A DNA stretch of 46,506 nucleotides from an uncultured Verrucomicrobiota bacterium. GTDB lineage: Bacteria > Verrucomicrobiota > Verrucomicrobiia > Limisphaerales > J093. A program made the position numbers and the translations under genes. The notes under the pieces are model-generated. The model was given only the letters and a program-made list of their open reading frames with translations. It had not been told where the DNA came from and ran no database searches. Of the stretch, positions 14,886 through 22,785 are shown in pieces (the first letter of the stretch is position 1; the number at the start of each line of letters is the position of its first letter). The stretch spans positions 44,730-91,235 of the forward strand of contig CAYPUR010000001.1 in assembly GCA_964413865.1 (NCBI GenBank), in the 5' to 3' direction.

Positions 14886-17861
14886 ATGCTTCCCGACTTC
14901 TCCACCTTCTTCCACACCCTCTGGGCCTGCGAGCCTTTCCCCTGGCAAACCCAGCTCGCCGACCGTGTGGCCACGGCCGCCTGGCCCGACGCCGTTGACC
15001 TCCCTACCGCAGCCGGCAAGACCGCCTGTCTGGACATCGCCATCTGGGCGCTCGCCGCCCAGGCCGAACGGCCCCGCGGCCAGCGCTCCGCCGCCCGACG
15101 CATCTGGTTCGTCGTGGACCGCCGCATCGTGGTGGACGAAGCCTTCGATCGCGCCAAGTGCCTCGCGAACAAACTGGCCACCGACTCCGCCCCGGCCATT
15201 CGCACCGTGGCCGAACGCCTTTTGGACCTCCGCGGCATGCCCTCACGCGAGCGCCCGCTTGCCGTCGGCCGCCTCCGCGGCGGCGTGCTGCGCGATGACC
15301 ACCGGGCACGCATCCCCTCCCAGCCCGCCATCATCACCAGCACCGTGGACCAACTCGGCTCGCGTTTGCTTTTCCGCAGCTACGGCGACAGCCAGCTCGC
15401 CGCGCCCATCTATGCCGGCCTCGCGGCCAACGACAGCCTCATCCTGCTGGACGAAGCCCATTGCGCCGTGCCCTTCCTCCAAACCCTTCGCGCCGTCCGT
15501 CGCTTTCGCTCCGCCAGATGGTCGGAGGTGGGAAACGACACTCCGTTTCACGTCGTCGTTCTCTCCGCCACCCCGCCCGCCGCAGCCGATGGAGAACCAC
15601 TTGAGGCCTTTCCCGCTCCAGGCGAACGCGCCGGGGCGCTGGACCACCCGCTCCTCCAACGACGGCTCAATGCCTGCAAACCCGCCGTCCTTGAGTCCGT
15701 GCACGACGAGGAGGCACTCACCAGGCGCCTAACCGAGACTGCCGCGGACTTTGCCCGCGCCGGCAAACGCCGCGTCGGCGTCATCGTCAACCGCGTCGGC
15801 CGCGCCACGGACATCGCGGGGTCGCTCCGCGCCGAAGCCCTGAAAGGCCGCGCCTCGGACGAAGGCCCCGCCTTCGATGTCGCCCTCCTCACCGGCCGTA
15901 TCCGGCCCTTCGAACGCGACCTCCTGGTCGGTCCCGGCACGTCCCTGCACCGCGTGCTCCGCGCCACCAACCCCGAGGAGCCTCCGCGTCCCCTCATTCT
16001 TGTCGCGACTCAGTGCCTCGAAGTCGGCGCCGACTTCAGCTTCGACGCCCTCGTCACCGAATGCGCCAGCCTCGATGCCCTCCGCCAGCGCTTCGGCCGC
16101 CTCAACCGCCTCGGCCTGCCCGGCGACGCACCCGCGCTCATCGCTGTCGCCCGGTCCCAGCTCAAAGACCCCGACCCCATCTATGGCGACGCCTTGAAGG
16201 CCACCTGGGAATTCCTCCAAAGCCGGGCCACCGCCGAGCGCAGCGCGAAAGGCAAAGAAACTCGCCGCGTGGACTTCGGCATCCACGCCCTCACCCCGCT
16301 CCTGCCCGTCGGCAACGATCGCCTCCCGTTGCTCGCCCCGGCCCCCGACGCGCCCATCCTCCTGCCCGCGCACCTGGATCTCCTTTGCCAGACATCCCCG
16401 TCGCCGCACCCCGATCCGGACATCGCCCCATTCCTCCACGGCAAGGGCCGCGGCCAGCCAGAAGCCCGTGTCGTCTGGCGCTGCGACCTCGACCCACAGC
16501 GGCCCGAAGACTGGCCCGAAATCCTCAGCCTCTGCCGGCCCGTCGTGGGCGAGATGTTGCCCGTGCCTCTCTTCCGTCTTCGCCAGTGGATGCGCGACCG
16601 CGCCAGCGCCGACCTCACCGGCGACGTGCAAAGCTCGGCGCCCGCGACCGACACTCCACCAGTCCGAGCCGCCGCCACGCCCTTCCTGCTCTGGCGCGGG
16701 CGCGAACATTCCGAAGTCCTCACCGACCCGGCGCGCATCCCGCCCGGCGCCGTGGTCATCCTGTCCGTGCCCGCGAGTCCGGTCGAAGCCGACGCCCTAG
16801 GCCAAGCCTTGCGCGAGCAGGCCCTAGGCCCTGGCCGCTTCGACCTCTGGGAACTCGCCTGGCAACAGACCGGCCGCCCCGCCAGCCTGCGCCTGCACCG
16901 CGCCAGCCTCGCCCCCTGGCTGCCGACCTGCCGGCCCCTGGCCGGCCTCTTGGACCTCGCCGGGCGCGACGACTGGACCCTCGCCGAACTCCACGACGCC
17001 CTTGCCGCCGTCCGCGACTGGACGCCGGAAGACGGCGCACCCTCGCCACTGGACCTCTGGCTGCGCGACCTGTTCGCCGCGGTGGCCCACGTTCGCAAAC
17101 GCGACGTGGCCGTTCATCCCGGCGGTGGCCTCGTGCTCCGCGCGCCCGCTGCCGTCCCTGCGGAAGAACCCGACCTTTTCGCCGACGAAGACGACCAGTG
17201 GAGCGAAGCACCGGGCGAAATTCCGCTTACCGACCACACCGAGCAAGTCGAGCAGACCGTCGGGGTCCTGGCCCGCTCCTGCCTCGACGAAGCCACCGCA
17301 GCGCTGCTCCAGGCCGCCGCCCGCTGGCACGACGCCGGCAAACTCGACCCCCGCTTCCAGGTCCTCCTGCGTGGCGGACTCCCGGACCTGGACCATCCGC
17401 TCGCCAAATCCCCCGACCTGCCGCGCTCCCAGGATCAGGCCCGTCGTAACCGCGAAGCCGCCGGCCTGCCCGAGGTCTTTCGCCACGAAATGCTCTCCCT
17501 GCAACTGGCTGAACGCGTCGCCGCCTCCTCCCTCGGCCCGGAGGACCGCGAACTGTTCCTCCATCTGATCGCCAGCCACCACGGCCGCGCCCGGCCCTTT
17601 GCGCCCGTGTGTGAAGACCCCGTGCCGCCGCCGGTTGAAAGCCATCTCGGCGGCATGCCTATCTCCCTCACGGCCACCGATCGCCAGGCCCTCACCCCAC
17701 CGCACCGGCTCGATTCCGGCGTGAGCGACCGTTTCTGGCGGCTCGTCCGCCGCTTCGGCTGGTGGGGCCTGGCCTACCGCGAAGCTATCCTACGCTTGGC
17801 CGACTGGCACGCCAGCGCCCATCCAAAAACCTCGTCCGCCGCCCCCGCCTCCCAGCCATGA
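14886..17861 (+). CDS. cas3: Type I-G/I-U Cas3 helicase with C-terminal HD nuclease domain
   Basis: Starts MLPDFSTFFHTLW at ATG 14886. Motif I is PTAAGKTA and the DEAH box is ILLDEAHC. The C-terminal HD-type motifs are LTDHTEQV, ARWHDAGKLD, FRHEMLS and IASHHG. The ORF-track start at 14193 overlaps the preceding gene and is rejected. Confidence 0.9.
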   Translation: MLPDFSTFFHTLWACEPFPWQTQLADRVATAAWPDAVDLPTAAGKTACLDIAIWALAAQAERPRGQRSAARRIWFVVDRRIVVDEAFDRAKCLANKLATDSAPAIRTVAERLLDLRGMPSRERPLAVGRLRGGVLRDDHRARIPSQPAIITSTVDQLGSRLLFRSYGDSQLAAPIYAGLAANDSLILLDEAHCAVPFLQTLRAVRRFRSARWSEVGNDTPFHVVVLSATPPAAADGEPLEAFPAPGERAGALDHPLLQRRLNACKPAVLESVHDEEALTRRLTETAADFARAGKRRVGVIVNRVGRATDIAGSLRAEALKGRASDEGPAFDVALLTGRIRPFERDLLVGPGTSLHRVLRATNPEEPPRPLILVATQCLEVGADFSFDALVTECASLDALRQRFGRLNRLGLPGDAPALIAVARSQLKDPDPIYGDALKATWEFLQSRATAERSAKGKETRRVDFGIHALTPLLPVGNDRLPLLAPAPDAPILLPAHLDLLCQTSPSPHPDPDIAPFLHGKGRGQPEARVVWRCDLDPQRPEDWPEILSLCRPVVGEMLPVPLFRLRQWMRDRASADLTGDVQSSAPATDTPPVRAAATPFLLWRGREHSEVLTDPARIPPGAVVILSVPASPVEADALGQALREQALGPGRFDLWELAWQQTGRPASLRLHRASLAPWLPTCRPLAGLLDLAGRDDWTLAELHDALAAVRDWTPEDGAPSPLDLWLRDLFAAVAHVRKRDVAVHPGGGLVLRAPAAVPAEEPDLFADEDDQWSEAPGEIPLTDHTEQVEQTVGVLARSCLDEATAALLQAAARWHDAGKLDPRFQVLLRGGLPDLDHPLAKSPDLPRSQDQARRNREAAGLPEVFRHEMLSLQLAERVAASSLGPEDRELFLHLIASHHGRARPFAPVCEDPVPPPVESHLGGMPISLTATDRQALTPPHRLDSGVSDRFWRLVRRFGWWGLAYREAILRLADWHASAHPKTSSAAPASQP

Positions 17862-18994
17862 GCGCGCCGCCTCAACCACTCGACCTCCCCGCCCTGGACG
17901 GCACCAACCCGCTCGGCTTCCTCGCCGCCCTCGGCACGCTCGCCGTGCTCTCCGAGACCGACCCCGACCTCCGCCTCGGCTGGCGCCGCGGGCCGAGATG
18001 GACGGCGTTTCTGTCGAGGCTCAGGCCTTTGACCGAGTCAGGCCTGGCGAGGTTTCTGGGGCGAAAGCTCCGAGGCAAGCCGGTCACCGCGAGCGCGGCC
18101 GTGCAATGCACGGCTGCGAGAAAGGCGCTAGATCGGGCGAAGAAAGCCCGGGGAGACGCCGAGAAAAGAGTCAAAGCGCAGAAACTACGCGGCAAGGAGC
18201 GCGAGTCCGCGTGGCAGGCCGACGTCGAACCGCTGGTCCGCCACTTCAACGAGGCAAGGCAGGGTTACCTCCGTGCGCTGAAGTCCGTGAGTCCCTCAGC
18301 GGAGCTGGCCTTGGGCGACCGCCCCGATTGCACCAGCGAAGAATTCCGCGGCCACAGTGGCGAGGCCCTGCTCGCCGCCGGCCTCAAGAGCCGGGGCGTC
18401 CCCGACCTTCTTATGGCCTTCGGCTGCGAGGCCAGCCCGAATGACGGACAGCGCATCGCCCCCACACCCTTTTGCTTCATCACAGGCAGTGGCCATCAGT
18501 GGTTCCTCAAGACGGCGCGGGATTTGATGGCCGAGGCCTCTGTTGCCGGGTTCCATAAAGCCATATTCCAGTCCTGGCGCTACTCCGACCCCGGCCTCTC
18601 CATGCGCTGGGATCCGGTCGAGGACACCCGCTACGCCCTGCGCCTGGACGACCCCGGCCCGGCCGGCGTGAGCACCGTCTGGATGGCCAACCTTCTCGCT
18701 TACCGCGCGCTGGCCTTCTTCCCCTGCGCCTGGGATGGCCGCGCCTCGGCCGCCGCCGGTTGGACCCACGACCGTGAGCATCCCTGCTTCACCTGGCCCT
18801 TGTGGGAAACACCCCTCACCGCTGACACCGTGCGCTCCTTGCTGCGTCACCCCGCGTTCGGTGAACCCGACCTTGCAGACTGGAAAGCCGAACTCCGCGC
18901 CCGGGGCGTGTCCGCCATCTACCGATCCCGCCGCATCCAGGTCGGCAGCGGCACCAACTACAAAGTGAACTTCACCCCAGCCCAGTCCGTTTGA
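17858..18994 (+). CDS. Putative type I-G/I-U large-subunit protein (Cas8u/Cas8g; Csx17/Csb3-like), short form (378 aa)
   Basis: The ATG at 17858 overlaps the cas3 stop (ATGA). The N-terminus LDGTNPLGFLAALGTLAVLSE...LGWRR resembles the Csx17-type N-terminal motif. Its position in the operon fits a large subunit. The family assignment is from memory of motifs only. Confidence 0.55.
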   Translation: MSAPPQPLDLPALDGTNPLGFLAALGTLAVLSETDPDLRLGWRRGPRWTAFLSRLRPLTESGLARFLGRKLRGKPVTASAAVQCTAARKALDRAKKARGDAEKRVKAQKLRGKERESAWQADVEPLVRHFNEARQGYLRALKSVSPSAELALGDRPDCTSEEFRGHSGEALLAAGLKSRGVPDLLMAFGCEASPNDGQRIAPTPFCFITGSGHQWFLKTARDLMAEASVAGFHKAIFQSWRYSDPGLSMRWDPVEDTRYALRLDDPGPAGVSTVWMANLLAYRALAFFPCAWDGRASAAAGWTHDREHPCFTWPLWETPLTADTVRSLLRHPAFGEPDLADWKAELRARGVSAIYRSRRIQVGSGTNYKVNFTPAQSV

Positions 18995-19021
18995 GCAACT
19001 GCCCTCAACCCGAAACAGACC

Positions 19022-19189
19022 ATGCGCACTACTTACCCCGTCTGCTACGACATCACCGACGACAATCGGTTGCGCCGTGTTTTCAAGGGCTGCAAGAACT
19101 ACGGCGATCATCTGCAATGCTCGGTGTTCGAATGCGATCTGTCCGTGGCCGAGCGCGTCCATCAGTCGCTGGTGAAGTTCTCGGACTAG
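19022..19189 (+). pseudogene. cas2: Truncated cas2 (55 codons; N-terminal half only)
   Basis: MRTTYPVCYDITDDNRLRRVFKGCKNYGDHLQCSVFECDLSVAERVHQSLVKFSD* carries the Cas2 beta1 motif with its Asp and the LQ-SVFEC motif. It stops at about 55 aa, whereas Cas2 is normally about 90-100 aa. At under 60 aa it is absent from the ORF track. Confidence 0.75.
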
Positions 19190-19339
19190 GCCCCGGTCTT
19201 CACCGGCAACGCCGGCGTGGCCTTCAGACTGACGTTCGCCCAACCGGTCAGCGGCCTGCTCGCCCTGGGCTACGGCGCCCACTTTGGACTGGGTTTGTTT
19301 GTGCCGCTTGACCGATGCGGGGGCGCGGTGCCAGCCTGA
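19190..19339 (+). pseudogene. Csb2-like C-terminal remnant fused directly behind the truncated cas2
   Basis: The frame starting at 19190 reads APVFTGNAGVAFRLTFAQPVSGLLALGYGAHFGLGLFVPLDRCGGAVPA*. This parallels the intact Csb2 C-terminus LAFAEPVRGPLLLGAGRYRGYGVFRP at 13780-13875. Confidence 0.5.
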
Positions 19340-19348
19340 AAGCACAAC

Positions 19349-19834
19349 ATGGATATCGACAACATCGACCAGCAGCGCCTGATCGAGAAACTCCGGCGGA
19401 TCGAGTCGCTGTTCGCTGACCGGGCGGCCACGGCGGGGGAGAAGGCCGCGGCCAGTGAGGCGCGGGAGCGGATCCGTCAGCGCCTGGCTGCGTCGGCTGA
19501 GGCCGATCCGCCCGTCGAGTACACCTTCGCCCTGCGCAATCCGTGGTCTTACCGCCTGTTTGTCGCGCTGCTGCGCCGCTATCAGATCCGGCCCTACCGT
19601 TACGCCCGCCAGCGCCACACCACCGTCGTGGCCCGCCTGCCGGCCCGGTTCGTGAACGAGACCCTCTGGCCGGAGTTCACCGAACTGGACCGCACGCTCC
19701 ATCAGTACCTCACCGAGGAGACCAACCGCGTCATCGCCGAGACCATCAATCGCGACACGTCCGAGGTCGAAGTCCGCTCGGGCCAGGCCCTGCCTGCCGG
19801 CCCTGTATTCGCTGAACCCGACCAAGGTCAATAA
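19349..19834 (+). CDS. Hypothetical protein, DUF2786-like organisation (161 aa)
   Basis: N-terminal helix QQRLIEKLRRIESLFADRAATAGEKAAASEARERIRQRL, followed by W..L...L.....-type core NPWSYRLFVALLRRYQIRPY...VVARLPARFVNETLWPEFTELDRTL. The assignment is tentative. Confidence 0.45.
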   Translation: MDIDNIDQQRLIEKLRRIESLFADRAATAGEKAAASEARERIRQRLAASAEADPPVEYTFALRNPWSYRLFVALLRRYQIRPYRYARQRHTTVVARLPARFVNETLWPEFTELDRTLHQYLTEETNRVIAETINRDTSEVEVRSGQALPAGPVFAEPDQGQ

Positions 19835-19847
19835 CTCGAGGGGAAGG

Positions 19848-20344
19848 GGAAATGGAGAATGGAAAATGGAGAAGGAGGGGGGAGTGGGCGGTTTAGGGAT
19901 TATGTTCGGCGCGACGACGGATCGTGGTGAAGATGGCGACCAATTGACTGGCTTCGTCCAACGCCGCGGTGAGGGCCGGGGTGTCGGCGACCCCCTCCGC
20001 GGCAATCAGTTCGATCCAATAGGTGGTTTCGTCGGCTTCCTTGAGGCAATCGCCGATCTTCGCGATGAACTCGGCCTTGCTCCGGGCCTGGTCGCTCTCG
20101 CGGTAGTTGGCCCCAACCGACGTTCCGGCGCGCAACATCTGCCGTCCGAGAGTCTGGGCGAGCACGCCACGATCCAGCGACACATAGAGCCGGACGATCT
20201 GTCGGGCAAAGCGGAGAGTGCGCTCCCGCAAGTCCCGCGGGCGCCCGTGCCCCTGCCCCCTCGGCTCTGTTCCTTCGTTCATGGCTTCCACCTCCTCACC
20301 CACAAGTAACACGCCCTTTCTCCATTTTCCATTTTCCATTCTCC
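19848..20344. mobile_element. Four-helix-bundle gene cassette bounded by imperfect inverted repeats built from ATGGA(G/A)A units
   Basis: The left arm GGAAATGGAGAATGGAAAATGGAGAA (19848-19873) pairs with the right arm TTCTCCATTTTCCATTTTCCATTCTCC (20318-20344). The reverse complement of the right arm shares AATGGAAAATGGAGAA with the left arm. The cassette lies between two cas2 5' fragments. Confidence 0.55.
19893..20282 (-). CDS. Four-helix-bundle protein (23S rRNA intervening-sequence protein family)
   Basis: Starts MNEGTEP at ATG 20282. Motifs FARQIVRLY, LGRQMLRAGTSVGANYRES, AEFIAKIGDCLKEADETTYWIELI. Confidence 0.85.
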   Translation of the reverse strand: MNEGTEPRGQGHGRPRDLRERTLRFARQIVRLYVSLDRGVLAQTLGRQMLRAGTSVGANYRESDQARSKAEFIAKIGDCLKEADETTYWIELIAAEGVADTPALTAALDEASQLVAIFTTIRRRAEHNP

Positions 20345-20356
20345 ACTTCACTTCCC

Positions 20357-20497
20357 ATGCGCACGACCTACCTCGTCTGCTACGACATTACCGACGACAA
20401 GCGGTTGCGGCGCGCCGAGGCACAGGACAGAGGCGGCGACCGCCAGCGTTGTGGCGAGGAAGGCATGTGTGTTCGTGGAGTGTGGGAACTGGACTGA
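20357..20497 (+). pseudogene. cas2: Second cas2 5' fragment (first ~19 codons only, then unrelated sequence)
   Basis: MRTTYLVCYDITDDKRLRR matches the start of the 19022 copy (about 85% nt identity over about 57 nt), then diverges after about 20413. The frame closes at 20495-20497. Confidence 0.65.
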
Positions 20498-20521
20498 GCG
20501 GCATGAATCAACAACGCCGGG

Positions 20522-22738
20522 TCAGGGGGCCCAGCCCACGGGGCTTTGTAAGCCGCGTGCCCTCACGCGGCGTTCCTTCTGAGTTTGTGCGTCGCAGGAA
20601 GCGACAGGTTCGTTGGCGAAACGCACCGACCACCGGACTTCGCGGTTCGCCGGAGCGCCTAGGGTGACGCGCACCAGTCCGCCCTCCTCCTTCAGGGACG
20701 CCGTCGCACCGGCTTCGCGGTCGGCTGAGGCGACGTCCGCGGCCACCGGTTTCCACGCACCACGCGTCGAGGCCAAGGCAATGCGCAGTTCCGTCGGGTC
20801 GCCTCCCACCACCTTGCATGTCCCCGAGAGAACCGGGCGGGTCCATTGGTCAGCGCCGACATCGACGAAGCACTGGGTGATGTGACGGGACGTGCCAAGG
20901 AGTTGGGGACGGTCGCGGAGCGGGGCCAGCGCGACAATGCCGCAGCCCGAGGGCGGAAGTTCGACCGAGAGGGTAGCGCCGTCGATGGGGACCGGCCCGC
21001 CGCTCCAGTAGTCCAGGCCGACAAATCGCGCGCCGGCGGTTTCGAGGCCGAGTTGTTCGAGTTTGACGCTGGCAGTGATGGGCTTGCCGGCATCCCAGTT
21101 GAAGAGGCCCACTACGTGGCGCTGTCCATCGGTCAGATGCCAGACCCGGGCGGGCATGTTCTCGAACAGGTCGAGCGGACGGGCTGCCAGGCCGGTGTTT
21201 GGCATCGAGCGCTTGATACAGTCGAGGCGGTCGGCGGGCAGCCCGGGCGGCCATTCGCTGACCAGATTCAGCGAACCGGAAACGGCGATCCACGACGCGA
21301 AGGAGCGGGCCTGGGTCAGGGTCAGCGGCGCGCGGACCATCAGGCAATCGGGATCGTTGTGCCACACGCGGTTGTGGAGGAAGTACAACCGGGTGCCGAG
21401 ATGAAAGTTGGGCAGGACCGCGCCCCAGTCGGCGCCCGTGTCGGGACCGATCCGCATCGCATCCACCAGGCCGATGGAACCTCCCATCGAACGGAAGTTC
21501 TGGGCGACGTTGCAGGCCGCGATGTAGGTGTCTGGCCCCGCCGAGGCGCGCAGGGCGCGAAGCCCGGCGCGATAGGCTTCGAGGTTGGTCTGGTAAGGAT
21601 CGCCAAACACGGCGTCGCCGAACTGGTCGTCCACGTAGGCCGTGCCCGGGTAGGTGCATTTGGCCGCCAGCCCGCACCACATCGCGTCCGGCTTCAGGTA
21701 ACGGTACCCCCAGTCCCGCGTCATCCGGAGGACGGCGTCGGACAGAAAGGCGCGGGCCTCGGGCCGGGTCATGTCCAGGCACCAACCGGCCCAGAGCACT
21801 TCGTACAAGGAACCGTCCGTTTTCTTCACGAACCAGTCCTGGTGGTCCCGGAACAACGGATCGCGCGGGTCCCACGAGAAGGGGGTGAACCACAGCCCCG
21901 GACGCAGTCCATGGCGGGCGAGTTGGCCGGCGTTGGCCTTCATGCCGGACGGATAGGGGCCTTTGGGATCGTGTCGGGTGAAGTTGCCCGTGGGGCCGCT
22001 CCCGATGATCCCGCCTTTCTTGATGGCGGGCCCCTGCCACTGGTCGTCCACCAGAATCGTGTCGAAGCCGTATCCGGTGAGCTCCTTCGCGCAGAACGCG
22101 GCGAGTTCGGCCAACGCCTTTTCGTCGGACGCGCCGCCATGCGGCTGCGAGTACCAGGTGCAGTAGCCGCTGGGGATCCGCGGCAGCGTGATCCGGTGCG
22201 CCCCGGCAATGGCGTCGGCGTAGGCCTCGAGTCCGCGCCGCGCGTCGGCAAACCGACCCAAGACAAACGCGTCGGTGACGATTCTCTGGCCGGGCTTGAG
22301 ACGCAGCCGGCCAAATTCGAGCCGGGCCGTGATGACGAGCCCCGAGGCGTTGGTGCGGCTGTGGACACTGCCGCTGCCGCGTTCCTGGGTGAGCCAGCCG
22401 CCCACCGCGCCGTCGGTGGCGTCGGGACGGGCCACGCCCAGGAACAAGTAGCTCGCGGCGGGCGCCTCAGCCCCTTTCAAGCCGTCCACACCAAGCGTGC
22501 GATACGCCGAGGCGGGCGCGTCGAGGGGCACTTCCCGAATGAACTCGATCGTGCGGACCTCGCGGTCGGTGGCTCCCGGGTTGCGGAGTTCGCGCCGGTA
22601 GCTCGTGAACGGCGTTCCCGCCAGCGGTTCGATGAGGTCGATGTCGCCATCCGGGCGCGGCATCCGTTCGCCGGCGTTCGAGGCGGCAAGAGGCGGCAGC
22701 AGAAGGGCGAAGGCGACGGCGCGAAGCGTGGCATTCAT
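20522..22738 (-). CDS. Secreted alpha-galactosidase-like glycoside hydrolase (GH36/melibiase-type)
   Basis: Signal peptide MNATLRAVAFALLLPPLAASNA. Motifs GYCTWYSQ, FDTILVDDQWQG, GLRPGLWFTPF and YRYLKPDAM. Confidence 0.75.
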   Translation of the reverse strand: MNATLRAVAFALLLPPLAASNAGERMPRPDGDIDLIEPLAGTPFTSYRRELRNPGATDREVRTIEFIREVPLDAPASAYRTLGVDGLKGAEAPAASYLFLGVARPDATDGAVGGWLTQERGSGSVHSRTNASGLVITARLEFGRLRLKPGQRIVTDAFVLGRFADARRGLEAYADAIAGAHRITLPRIPSGYCTWYSQPHGGASDEKALAELAAFCAKELTGYGFDTILVDDQWQGPAIKKGGIIGSGPTGNFTRHDPKGPYPSGMKANAGQLARHGLRPGLWFTPFSWDPRDPLFRDHQDWFVKKTDGSLYEVLWAGWCLDMTRPEARAFLSDAVLRMTRDWGYRYLKPDAMWCGLAAKCTYPGTAYVDDQFGDAVFGDPYQTNLEAYRAGLRALRASAGPDTYIAACNVAQNFRSMGGSIGLVDAMRIGPDTGADWGAVLPNFHLGTRLYFLHNRVWHNDPDCLMVRAPLTLTQARSFASWIAVSGSLNLVSEWPPGLPADRLDCIKRSMPNTGLAARPLDLFENMPARVWHLTDGQRHVVGLFNWDAGKPITASVKLEQLGLETAGARFVGLDYWSGGPVPIDGATLSVELPPSGCGIVALAPLRDRPQLLGTSRHITQCFVDVGADQWTRPVLSGTCKVVGGDPTELRIALASTRGAWKPVAADVASADREAGATASLKEEGGLVRVTLGAPANREVRWSVRFANEPVASCDAQTQKERRVRARGLQSPVGWAP

Positions 22739-22785
22739 GGCTCGACTGGTTCGGGGGAGATCTTACGCATGCAGGGCACAGGCGT

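Noticed and set aside
19170-19260. An alternative reading in which cas2 continues after a +2 frameshift as ...GEVLGLGPGLHRQ..., resembling the Cas2 'VL..LGP' segment.
   Set aside because: The similarity is limited to about 8 residues, and the spacing from the SVFEC motif is too short. The competing frame gives a much longer RAMP-type match (PVSGLLALGYGAHFGLGLFVP). I keep it only as a caveat.
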